Shown piece after piece: positions 23,522 through 35,300 of a stretch of DNA of 64,000 nucleotides (positions within the stretch are counted from its first letter, which is position 1; the number at the start of each line of letters is the position of its first letter). This stretch comes from Catajapyx aquilonaris. Its lineage: Eukaryota. The stretch covers positions 1-64,000 of the forward strand of contig JYFJ02000329.1 of assembly GCA_000934665.2 (NCBI GenBank), in the 5' to 3' direction. The translations under genes and the position numbers were made by a program. The notes under the pieces were generated by a model, which worked only from the letters and a program-made list of their open reading frames with translations, was not told the DNA's origin and did no database searches.

Positions 23522-26500
23522 TTCAAACATGACACCCAAAAATTCACCTTTTCGCTGGTGGTGTCCAGTGCCGAGGTGGCCTCGTCCAGCAGCAGGATGG
23601 CAGGGTTCCTGACCACGGCTCGAGCGATGGCGACCCTCTGCTTCTGCCCTCCGGACAGCTGAGTGCCTTTGCTTCCGACCATTGTATCGTAGCCCCTGGG
23701 CAGATCCGCGATGAAGTTGTGAATGTTGGCCACTTTTGCAGCCTCGATTATCTCCTCGATCGGCACCTCTCGGCTGTTGTCTCCGTAGGCGATGTTCTCC
23801 CCTATGGTCCTATTGAACAGTACTGGCTCTTGGGACACCAGACCCAGCTGACCTCTCACATATTTCAGTCGGAGGTCACGAAGGTCGACACCGCTCATTG
23901 ACTAGAATAGTTGGCCACAACGGGGTCAAACACGGTCGACGGGTTTTTTAAATAATAGAAAATATGGGTTCACACAGGCACCGTTAAGCGTCAGGCTCTG
24001 GAATTACTTGTCAACCTGCTCTCATTAATCTGCTCAGCAATTGTGAAATTACGCATATCAACAACACCAAAAGCAGCAACGGCACCAATGTGAACCCAGC
24101 TTAACCACGCAGTAGCCAGCACTCACAACTTTCCCCCATGTTGGATCGTACAACCGGAGGATGAGCTGCAGGATGGTGGACTTTCCGCATCCGCTGGGTC
24201 CGACAAGAGCCACGGTCTGTCCGCTGTCCACGTGGAGGTCTATTCCGGACAGGGTCTGAGTCGAGGGACGAGTCGCATAAAAGAAGCGCACATCGTGCAT
24301 GCTCAAGCTGTCTCCTTTGCCTGGGACGTTGTACAGGATGTAGTCGGTCGAATCCCGTACCTCCGGCGTCCTCTCCACCAGCTGCATGATCAAGCCCGCG
24401 GCCAATCTGCCCTTGGTGTAGCTCGGGGCCATCGAGAAGGCTTGCCCCACCGTGATGGCCCCTATCACCAAAGCTTCGCTCACCCTGCGAGAAAGCAACC
24501 ACGTGAATATATGCAAACAGAGTGGACTTGCACAAGGACTCACGTGAACACCGTGGCGAATTTGAGTCCGTCGTTGATGACCAGGTAGGCCCCGAAGGAT
24601 ATGGAGAGTCCGTAGATGGCATTGGGGAGACCCTGCGCCATCCCGTATATGAAGCCCCTCAGATGCGAGTTCTTTATGGACTGCTTGTGCGGCGTCCTGA
24701 GAAACCCATGGTACATGTCCAGAAACGCTTCTTGGCATCCCAGGCTGGCCACAGTCCTGAAGTTGCTGACGGCCTCCAGGGCCAGGTTGGACCCTTTCTC
24801 CAGGGCCTCCTTCTCGCTCAGGTTCTGCTTCACAATCATGTCGTTCTCCCATACGGCGCTGAACATTACGAACGGAACCGTCAAAGCTACGACCGTCCCC
24901 AGCTTCCAGCTCAGGAACACTGACATGATTATGGAGAGAGACATAGTAAAGCCCGCTTGAACCAGGATTCCAAGGCGGTTACCGGCTGCCTGGAACAAAC
25001 GGATACAAGTTCAAAGTGGTGTTTTTCCACCAAGAAGGTCTCTGACTCACCCCTTGGACACTAGCAGCGTCGGACGAGAGCCGAGAGGACAGAGCCCCTG
25101 AGCTGTTGCGACTTCTGTCGTGCCAGGCCGACTCCTGGTCCATCATTGCCTTGAAGGTGAGCTTCCTCAGGCGCATCGTCAGCTTGTCTCCTGAAATGGT
25201 GAACATCGCATACTGCTCTTTTTATTAACCCTGTCAGAGTCGCGAACTTCTGCGGGAAAGAAAGGCTACAGGCAACAGGGATAGACTTACTTGGAAAAAT
25301 GCAGCCACTCCCGAGATGACTCCAATAATCATGAACCACATGGAGTAGTAATCTCCCCAATAGCGAAGGTCATCGTCGTTTGGGGTAGACATGGACTGCC
25401 AGGAAGCAATTTAATGTCAACTGTTGTGCCAAGAATTTTCTGATTTGTAGTGTCAAATATACATACTGCTGTGACCTCGCCGAAGAAGTAAGAGTAGGCA
25501 GGCCACGTGGCGCCCTGAATCGCAGACCCAAGAGTCCCGACCAGCAAGTACGGCCATTCCGGAAGGCTGATCTTTAAGACTTTGCTCACCGACAGTGGAG
25601 CCGGCTCTACGTCGTCAGACTGTTCGGAATAGGCAGAGCTACGAATAGTGTATTACACAAATGACTTGCCGCCGTGCATTGTGTCTCACCATCTTTGGCG
25701 TCACCAGGCTTGTCCGCGATTTCCCCACCATCGACGCGCCGGAGTCAGACGACGACACTGGACTCTCTGTCCTGGCTCTGCTTTTTGAACCTTTTCTGCG
25801 AGGGTCAAATTTGCAGGTGTATACGGCTGGCTTTAACTAAACAGCACGTCATGCTACTTACGGCGATTTAGACCTTTTGATGACATCTTCTTCCGTGTGG
25901 CACTGCGACTTGACCATGTTGTGGTAGATCGCTCCCTTCCTCATCAGGTTGTCGTGTGTCCCCTCCTCTACCACCTGGCCGCTGTCCAGGACCAGAATCC
26001 TGTCCGCCGACCTGATAGCCGACAGCCTGTGAGACACAACCAGAGTGGTGCGACCCCTCTTTGCCTCGTCCAGCGCCCTCTGGACCACCGCCTCGTTCCG
26101 GAAGTCCAGAGCAGAAGTGGCCTCGTCCAGGAGGAGTATCTTTGGGTCCCTAACAAGCGCTCTAGCTATTGCCACCCTCTGCTTCTGACCACCCGACAGG
26201 CGTGCCCCACCTTCTCCAAGTATAGTGTCATACATCTGAGCGTGAAAAGAGCTGTCTGTAGCTCATATTATTCTTCAGAGATCAGGCACGGGACATACCT
26301 GGGGAAGCTTCATGATGAAATCGTGTGCGTTGGCCATTATTGCAGCTTCCTCAATGTCGTACTGGCTGGCGCTGAGTTTTCCCAAGCGGATGTTGTCGGA
26401 AATGCTCATCCCGAAGAGGGCTGGCTCCTGTCCTACCACCCCGAAATGGGATCGGAGCCACTGGACATTCAATTGCCTGAGGTCAACCCCGTCCAGCTTG

Positions 26501-28532
26501 ACCTGGAACGAAACCGTGATGTGTGTACACAATACTACGGCAAAGGACATATGTAGTCATTACCACTCCTCCTGTTGGGTCGTAGAACCTCTGAACCAAG
26601 TGCAAGATCGTGGACTTTCCACTTCCAGAGCTTCCGACCAGTGCTACGACCTCCCCTGGTTTGACAGTCAGGTTGAACTTGCGCAATATCTGACAACAAA
26701 CACGGTTGCATTGCCTGCCAATTTAGCGTTAAGACAATGCAAACTCACTTGGACTTCGGTTCGCGCAGGGTAGAAAAAGTCCACGTCGCAGAATTCGATG
26801 ACTCCATGGAAATTGAACGGTCTCAGACCCATCTCGGAGAAGCAGTCGATTATGGGTTTTCGCTCCATGACATCGAAGACGGCTCCCGTAGCCCCTCGTG
26901 CAGCGGCGAAGGTTTCAAAAAAGGGCGAACCTTGTCCGAGGTAAATGGCTCCGATCAAAATGCACAGGAACACCTGAGACAGAGAAGAGGACAAAACGCT
27001 GCGCACTCATACTTTTACGTCTCATAGGAAGTATACGATTAGCCGCTTCTTCCCAAGAGACACCTACAGAATGGGTGTGTGGCTTTGTGATGTGATCTTA
27101 CCACAGTGAATTTTTCGACGTCGTACAAATCATCCTGTTCTTTCCTACTCCTCAGTATCAGCCTGATGCCATACCAGAAGCTGACAGCGTACAGGACGTA
27201 ATTCAGGAACCAAAATATCCCGTTGCCCACACCTGACGCCATTGCACGCTTCGTACCCATCTTGTGAGCGAGAGATAGATTTTCCTTGTACCTGAAAGAG
27301 GGCACGAGTATTGCATTGTATTTCATGTTACTTCACGTGCCGGTGCATTCACCTTTCGACTTCCTTTTCCTGTCCTCCGAAAGCGACGACTGTCTTGAGG
27401 CCCATCAAAACTTCGCTTGCGACATCACCAGCCGCCGAATATGATTTCAGCTCGTCCCGAACCATGGTGGCCAGGATCATAGAAGCGATTACGTTGGCCG
27501 CGATCAGCCCTGGCACCACGGACAGGATCACCAGAGTCAGTTCCCAACCTTGGTATAGGGAGATCACGATGCAGACAACGAAGGTGGCCACGTACGAAAG
27601 GCAGATAGGAGCCTTTTCGCCTATGCCTTCTTGCAACTTCTGAATGTTCCTGCAATGAGAGTCATCCCGGTGATATCCTAGGAAGCTGGGAATTTATTGC
27701 TGCATATTTACTCCGTGATTTTGCTGCAAAAGCTGGCGTTCGCGTGCGTGTCGTACCAAGAGATGTCCTGCCTCAACATGGACTTGAAAAATTCGTTTCG
27801 TATTCGTAGGATCTGCAAATGAAACTCAATGTAAAAGTGAACTTGTGAGGAACAATTCGGTTCATCAATGCAAATATATTAGTAGCCTAGTAACTAGTAA
27901 CTAACCCATTGATGCTATCGAGCTGATCAGACTGCTGAGAAAATAAATACAACGATTATCTTGTAGACTTGTAGAATAACCAACCTGGTGTTCGGCAGTG
28001 TAGTAAAAGCACACCACTATTATGTAATCCAGCAGAACCTGAAGGGAGCTTATGAGGCACGAGTAGAGTCCAAAATATAGGCCATCTTGCAAAAACTGTT
28101 CTTGAACACTTCGACTCGCGTTCCTGCAATCAACACCTGTTTTATCCAACGCCTGCAGGACATAAAAACTATGTTACGTACGTAATATTATGTGCCTGGT
28201 CCACGAATTTCTTGGTGATACCACCACACAAGACGAGGATTCCGGGCAAGGTGAATCCCATGGCCACGGCGAAGAAGATACCCACGCCCATGATGACTTT
28301 CTCCTTAGTGTTCGCATACCTGAACTGAAGATCGGACACGGAGCAGTACAAACAGGCATTGCGGATGTTAATATATTACACCTACCAATGAGAGATATGG
28401 CACGGGCGGACGTCTGTCTTCATAGGCTGAGCAACAAGAACCGCTGGGTCCTACACGTTTCTTCCTAGATATCAACAAGCGAAAGCTACTCTTGTGTTCC
28501 GGGACGGTTCTAGCCTCTAGTTCTACCGACAT
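23127..28532 (-). CDS. ABCB1: ABCB1/P-glycoprotein (Mdr)-like full ABC transporter, paralog B, 1280 aa (1293 aa if the last intron is retained, stop at 23166)
   Basis: Exons 28532-28386, 28324-28182, 28123-27985, 27812-27712, 27649-27353, 27291-27102, 26973-26749, 26689-26564, 26502-26299, 26235-25862, 25795-25690, 25619-25467, 25395-25291, 25212-25051, 24989-24544, 24484-24127, 23901-23548, 23417-23223, 23144-23127 (3843 nt, in frame). Walker A GSSGSGKS and GPSGCGKS, two LSGGQ signatures, two [11 protein letters not shown] motifs. Most internal exon lengths equal those of paralog A. Confidence 0.95.
23486..23521. repeat. (ATT)12 microsatellite, intronic
   Basis: Read directly; it produces the spurious poly-Ile in the ORF track. 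Confidence 0.95.
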
Positions 28533-29470
28533 CGCCGTTTTTAGGCCAGGTTAACGTTGCTATGCAAAGTGCTCCCGTCAACAATAGGCCATTGTTCGGC
28601 ATTTGGCGGTCGAAATGTCGGCCTATACTCGTGAACCAGAACTTTGAAACAGGCTGGTGTTGGAGCTCCTAGTTTTGCCCAAATAGTTCTGCTATAAATT
28701 ATTATAATGCTTAGAGAGAGCACTTGGGGTGAAATGCGAAGCAGGCTAACAATATGACCCAAGCAAAGATGGCGGACGACTGACATTATTGGACTAATTG
28801 TTGTCCCAGTTGTCATTATTGATTCTTGTCCAAGTTGTAAGACAACTGTAACATACAGAAGTGTCGTGAGCTCTCTTCTGACTTATCTTCTGCACAGGAA
28901 GATGTCCCGGCACTTGTTTGTGCACTCGACCCTTGACAGAGTCGTAAAAGCAGGGCTGCATTCCTGGCCTCTCGATTAACACGACTCACTATTGCTTTTA
29001 GATAGCTTCTGGACTTGTTCTCAAAATGTATACGTCCCACTTAAGCATGTGGTTTTTTGGTGATCAAGCTAGACGAGAAAAACACCAATGAGCATAAGCC
29101 ATGAAAGTTAAGCTTATCGTGGACAAGATCTTACAACGTGCTTGCTGTATTAATTGCATTACATTAGAGAAATGTTAAGAATTTCCTGCTCGAGTTAGAC
29201 ATAAGCGGAACACACAAAATTAACAGAGGTTTTTGTTTGTTTCAGCATAACTGGCGTAGCAACAGAGCTTCTGCAACAGTAGCCTACAGTTTCACTTCAT
29301 TGTGGCATCATTTATTGTAGGCAAATGGAAAGGATAATAAAGTTTCGATAAAACTGCATTCCCAAATAATAAATAGAAGCGATATTTATTCCACGGGATA
29401 TTATATCAAGGATTTCTGCGAGGGTAAGAAAGGTACATGTTTTGCATCCTACCTACCCAGCAAATTAGAG

Positions 29471-29538
29471 TGCCAGCGTAGTGGTCAAGACAGTCACTTA
29501 GCAATCCGGAGGTTGGCGGATCTAATCCAGCCTGGGCA
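29471..29538 (+). mobile_element. Degenerate tRNA-derived (SINE-head-like) sequence
   Basis: TGCCAGCGTAGTGGTCAAG (A-box-like) ... GGCGGATCTAATCCAGCC (B-box-like hairpin), with ends TGCC/GGGCA able to pair. Not a canonical cloverleaf. Confidence 0.5.
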
Positions 29539-29634
29539 TTTTCCTTTTCAGTGACACTGCCAATTTTAGTGTGTGTACCGCTGAAGCAAGTACTTTTCCC
29601 CTTTCAGTACATTTTGACACTTCAACGATGCAGC

Positions 29635-30150
29635 GGTAAATAGGCTAGACCGTCTGTACACCCACAATTTCGTTGCAACAGATTTGTCTCTGTGGTAACG
29701 CAACAGACTCTCCATTGAAAGGTTCTGGGATCTAATCCCGGTGCTTCTTCAGTTGAGGTCTGCCAAGATTATTTTTGCAGCAGTCATCTCTGGCCAAGAT
29801 GGCGACTGTTTCTTCGGTGTTCTCGAAACACCTTCCGAGTTGAGACTTGGCGGATGTGGAGCGGGAGGGGAAGAGGAGGGGGAAGGGGGGATGTATTAAT
29901 AAATAAAAATAATTTTATTTCTTCTTCCCCACCCCTCTCTTCAGTGCCCCTCTCATCGTCTTTGACCTTTTTGACCCGGATAGATGAAGTAGATGCGCCG
30001 CCATCTTGGCCTGAACTGATGGCAACAAATATTTTTCCGCACCCTGGATTTGAACCAGGAGCCCTAGATTGAGAGCCGAGAGCGCTGCTATCATGGCCAG
30101 CTTGCACCAGCTGCTTTCATGTGGCAATCGGAAGGTCTAGCCTATTTACC
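29635..30150. mobile_element. 516-bp TIR-bounded element containing two inward-facing tRNA-like heads
   Basis: Perfect 17-bp inverted termini GGTAAATAGGCTAGACC (29635-29651) and GGTCTAGCCTATTTACC (30134-30150). B-box-like GGATCTAATCC on + (about 29728) and GGTTCAAATCC on - (30056-30046), each followed by GGCCAAGATGGCG. A further copy of the left end begins near 30226. Confidence 0.7.
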
Positions 30151-31228
30151 AATTCAAAATTTTTGATTGTTTTGCCTTCAGTTCATTTCTCTCACACTCT
30201 TATATTGTAAAGATTGTACTGGACCAGTAAATAGGCTAGACCTTTTCAACGCCCACAAATTCGTTGCTACAAAGTTAGCAACTGAAAGGTTTAAAAAAAG
30301 TTCGCTTATGTATATATAGACAGATCGGATTTTATTGCAGTCTGTAATAAATATCACGCCTTCCATTCCGTATTTGTCGATTGTTTTCTAAGCAAATAAA
30401 CTTTAGGGTTTACTAATAACAAAATGTAACAACCATGAAATGCAATAATTGTGGGGTTGGCTGGAGTTCGACTGCATGTATTGCATTGTCTCTGTTTGGC
30501 AAACAGCTAGTAGACTAACAATGGTCGTCGGTTTCCAAACATTGACACATGCCCCCGTCACAATCAAGCATGTTTACGTTCATAAAACTGGCCTTTAATT
30601 TACATTTGCAGGCCAACTTTCAGTACTTCTCAGGCTATATGAATTCTATATACCGTATAAAAAAAGACTCCAGCGACCATATGACGCACTTTCTTCCTAT
30701 TCTCACCATATTTTGTTTGGTCTATTCATCCGGCAGGTCGATGCAAGAAACCACTGTCCACCTCGTCCCAGAAAGTGACAGCAGTGCTGGGAACCTGCAT
30801 GAAAAATACACTACTGCACCCTCTATATTACTCAAAATTCTTAGCCTTTGTCATCTAAGGCACGGCATTCCCGGGTCCACATTCCAAGGCACATGGGTCG
30901 TGAGAGGGACAGTTGGAACTGAGCTGTGTGAATATGCACAATATGTGAAATTGTCCTGCAAAAGAGACCTGTAAAAAGGAAAACGGGGTAGAGACAACAC
31001 GTCACAAACGGTCAATAATTTTCTTTCTTTTGTCACAGTGAACGATCCAACATTAATGGAAAATATATAGAGGTCAGTACTTTTTTTCTTATTTTTTTCA
31101 GGAAGGAGTGCAAGAGTTGTACATTGTCGTCCCCCAATGTGCATTGAACCTTTCAAACTCTAGGTACAGATTTTCCTAAAGTCCAATCAGGGCCTAAATG
31201 TCCAGCATTCAAGCCTGCAGGAGGGGCG

Positions 31229-31252
31229 AATAATAATAATAATAATAATAAT
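31229..31252. repeat. (AAT)8 microsatellite
   Basis: Read directly. Confidence 0.9.
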
Positions 31253-32373
31253 AAACACAATTAAAAACCTTGAAGGAGAAAAAGGGCGATGCTGTCTCAC
31301 GAGTCCAGCTCACATGTAAGAAGAGCCCACCATTTTTGTGTGTGCAGAGATCGATTGTGACACGCTGAAAAAACTAATCCCGACAAGTTTTCAAAACACA
31401 CTATTTTTTTTCAAGCTTCAGGAGCGGAAAAAACAACAACAAAACAAATATCAGCTACACGGCGAGGTAATGGATTTTTTTTTACGAGAGTCTGTAGTTA
31501 AGAATTGAAAATTATAGATTGCCGACTCATTACAACTGGTTTTACTCAGTGTCCTCTGCAGTAATGAACCACACGGAAAAGGTCTGTCGAAAACACAAAA
31601 TATATGGGTCCAGATATCTCTCTTTCCCCCCTTTTTTGTATAACATGCATCCCCATAAACACACACATTCACACTCACACGTTTGGTATTGACACAGCAA
31701 GATGTGTACAACTGCTTGCAAATACTGCGAGTAGAGGACTGCTTCATGAATACTTGACATTAAAAACTGAGGGGGACATTGGCGATTTCGTACACTTGGC
31801 AAGTTGGAATTTAATTTTTTTTTTTCTTCTCTTTCTTATCTCGTTCTACATGGCATCATGAGGAGATGGTTCGCCTGCTGAGCAACGTTTGTCAGTTGCT
31901 ATGTTTTAATCCAATGGTACATCAGTACATCGTCCAGTACTGTTTTATACTATACAGTGTGTTGCAATTGAGCTGTCCGATGTGCACTAATATGTACATT
32001 TTAAAGTTGTCAACAAATTCTGACTTCCAATATTAGCGCTTGTTTTGGCAGCACTGTGTACCTGCAACATATCTCAGGTGGAATTAGGTCAGATTAATTG
32101 AGTCAAATTCATTGTAATTCAACATAACATGAGAATCTAATATGTTCCTCAGCTTACTATTGCTGAATAAAAAGCAGCTTAGAGAATCGGACACTTGAAC
32201 AATTGCAACCCATTGTATTCAGAGCATTGCCAACCAGCTTCTTCAAAGGCCTGCCTGCTGACACGAGCAGTTCGCAGGGAGTTTCCGTCCCCTCACAACA
32301 AATCGGGACATTCCGCCACGCGATGTCACCAACTCGACTGGAGACGAGAACTGGAACGTGAACGAAAAATACA

Positions 32374-35300
32374 CTAACTCACACAACAGTGATTAGTTCT
32401 CCTAGGGAAACAGATAAAACGACAGCGAAAGAGCGGAGATGAACCACCCCCTCGGTTCCTCCAGCCCTACGTCTCGGCCGACTCTGCGCTTCTGCTGGAC
32501 AGCAACGCGTCCGTCCTGATGTTGGTCCCCTTCTTCTTCCAACTGCCCACAACCCCTCCAGTACTGCACTTGTCCCCTCCTCCTCGCCTAAGACCAACCA
32601 GCCTTGGAAAGATCCCTCCCTGTCCCTTCGACCTGGTCAGAAACCCTCTTCTGGACTGTTGCTGAGCCTCTTTGTCTGCCAGGACAGAGTCCAGGCTGCC
32701 GGATATCATCCCGAGCTTGGTGTCCGGCGACGGTGGTGGACTAGAGAAGCTGCATGGTGGACACCGGCCGTGCGTGCAGCTGCCGGACGTCCCGCCGCTG
32801 TTCCGCTTGCCTGTCTCGGGCGTGTTTGGCTCGCTTTCCGAACGCGACGTGGACGCCGGCTGCTGGTGCTGCTTCCGGCGGAGGAAAGCGATTCCGTGGG
32901 ACAGTGTCCGGGACGTCCGGTGGCTGGACGGCGGAGGGGTCGGGAGGTTGTGAGGGTGGTGGCTGCCGTTCTCATCTGGAAGGGGCTTGTCGCGACTGCC
33001 TCCGGACATCAGCAGCCTTAATCGGGACAAAAGCCCGGGGTCTTTGCTACGTCCGGTTTTGGCTGGACGGCCACGTCCAATAGGCGGGTTCACACTGGCG
33101 GTGACGTTGTCGTCGCTGACGTCAGTCGCGATTTTAAACTTGAGCGCCCGCTCGCTCACGTCCGCCTCCGTGTCCAGCTCGTCGTCGTCCGCTCCGTCCG
33201 GGTGGGACGCCACGGCGCACTCGCCCGCCGACAGCACTCCAGAGCTCTTCCGGGACGACCTGTCCTTTCCTGGACTCCGGACGCCGCTGTCGGACTGCCC
33301 CTGCTGCGGACTGACCGCGTCCCTCTCGGCGCTTCCACTCCGGACGCTCTCGTCGGTACTACGTCGCTGCTTCTCCTCTCGGGCCAACTCGTTCAGGCGC
33401 CTGTAGTGCTCCAGGGCGTCTCGAACTGGGGTTATGATCAGTTCCTGAAACGTGAACAGTCCCTTAATATTATAGTCAGGACGTGTATGGACGCACCATG
33501 CGACTTACCTCCAGTTCTGGAAACATCGCTCCTAAAGCCTCGAACAGCGGAAGAAGAACGTAGCCAATAAAACTGCACTGAGATGAGGGTTTTGTAATCT
33601 TGTCTCTGTCCATGAAGGGTGTGACTGGAAGACCCTCCAGTTTCTCAGTGTCGCTCTGCTGGAAGAATTCCTGGAGAGAAAAATTATTCACATGATCAGT
33701 GCTATATCAGGTGTAAACTAAAAGTAATAATCGCTCAAGGGTAGAACTTCCGGTTTTAATTATCAGATTTCTTTTTCTGGAAACAAACGAGAGGATGTTT
33801 CAAAAAATGACCGTCAAGCGAATCTGCTACCGGATATTGAGTTACGGCCGGGACAATCAACCGAAAATATCGAAAAGCAATAGACAATTTCCAGGCTCCA
33901 AACTTAGCCTTTCCCACCCTACGTAATGACATTTTACCATGTCCTTGCCTCTTCACTCTCATTTTTTTTTGTCATCCCAAAGACTCCACTGCTTTAATAA
34001 ATGGAATTCAGGATCGAGTGTGATCGATTGTTTCCTGACTTTGCTCCGAGTTCAATTTATGGCGTGCCAATCATATCGGATGATTTCGGTCGCTAGGTGT
34101 TCGTAGAATAGAAAAGGAGACACAGGGTGGTGCAGTCCAACAGTCATCATCGATAAATTCAATCAATATACAAGGAGTTCAGAACGTATGGAACAGTCAG
34201 GACAGAATAATTAAACTGTGAGTGTTACTTGTTTCAATTTAAACTTGCCATTGGCACGATTTGTATTTAATTTACATGGGTACTGCACCACCTTGTACAT
34301 AAAAAGATGAGTGCTGAGTTTGGCAGGACACACTTTGGGTGACAGCGATGAGCAAAATCCGTCCCTACAACTTTCAAGAGTGTCAATCCAGCCAAAATTG
34401 TCTGGCTGTACAACACCGGATTCTGCCTTGTTTTTCAATCCAACTCAGTGTCCAACTTGGAGAAACTTCGATCTTAATTAATGCTCTAATTGGATCTCAA
34501 CTTTGGGGCTGACAAGACCAAAATTCCTCCAAGGCAAACGCATAACATGACTTCCTGTAACTTCCAGATTCTGTCTGATTAAATCCGAAACCAACGAGGA
34601 ATTATTTACACATATTATTTTTCCTTTTCAGGTGAGAGTTTACCTGTAGCAACAAGTCTAACCAGGGTTCAGCCACGTCCAAAGGTCTAGCCTCGTTGGA
34701 AATGTCTGCCACTTTGATCAGCACCATAGACAGCTGGAAAGATAAGCAAAGGTTAAGTAGGGGAACTAATCGTCATTATGTAGGGTTCACACGGATGTCT
34801 TTGTGTCTCATGGAGCAGTTGTCGTTGTGTAATCCACCAGAGCTGGCAACATGGCAACTGACATTGTTGAACCCATAAACAGCAACGACCAACGACCAAA
34901 CGACTCCAGTGTGAACCCAGCTGGACAAAGTGGAAGTAACGTCGCACCTACCAGGTTGATGTGTGCTCTGTTGGAAAAGTCAAAGTTGGGTGAGATCTCC
35001 TTGAAGTTGTTGAGGATTTCGTTGTGGCGCGCCATGTCGGTGGCCAAAATGCATCGTATCATGCCTTCTCGAATCTTCTTGTACTCCTCTGCCGGGAAGT
35101 TCCGGAAGATGTTGAACTCATCCTGCTCCAGGATTCGGAAGGCCACGGAACAGTGGTGGTTCTCCAGAGGTGAGATGTCGTTGTAACGCAACGCTAGCTC
35201 CGTCTTTGCGTTTATCTGTGCGGACAAGCAAAATGGGTTTTGCACAAAATTTGATTTTCTCAACGCCCCGCAGCAACTGGGTGGTTTTGCCAGCTTAATG

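Noticed and set aside
16290..26135. Non-canonical residues after the NBD1 D-loop ([14 protein letters not shown]) suggesting a degenerate ATPase site
   Set aside because: Walker A, the LSGGQ signature, Walker B Glu, D-loop SALD and the switch His are all intact.
28124..28181. Alternative acceptor at 28153 giving ALDKTGVDC in ABCB paralog B
   Set aside because: It would need a 29-nt intron and the wrong phase. The acceptor at 28124 gives a 139-nt exon equal in length to paralog A's.
29471..30110. tRNA genes
   Set aside because: B-box-like motifs are present, but stems and D-arms are degenerate and embedded in repeat structure, so I treat them as tRNA-derived repeats.
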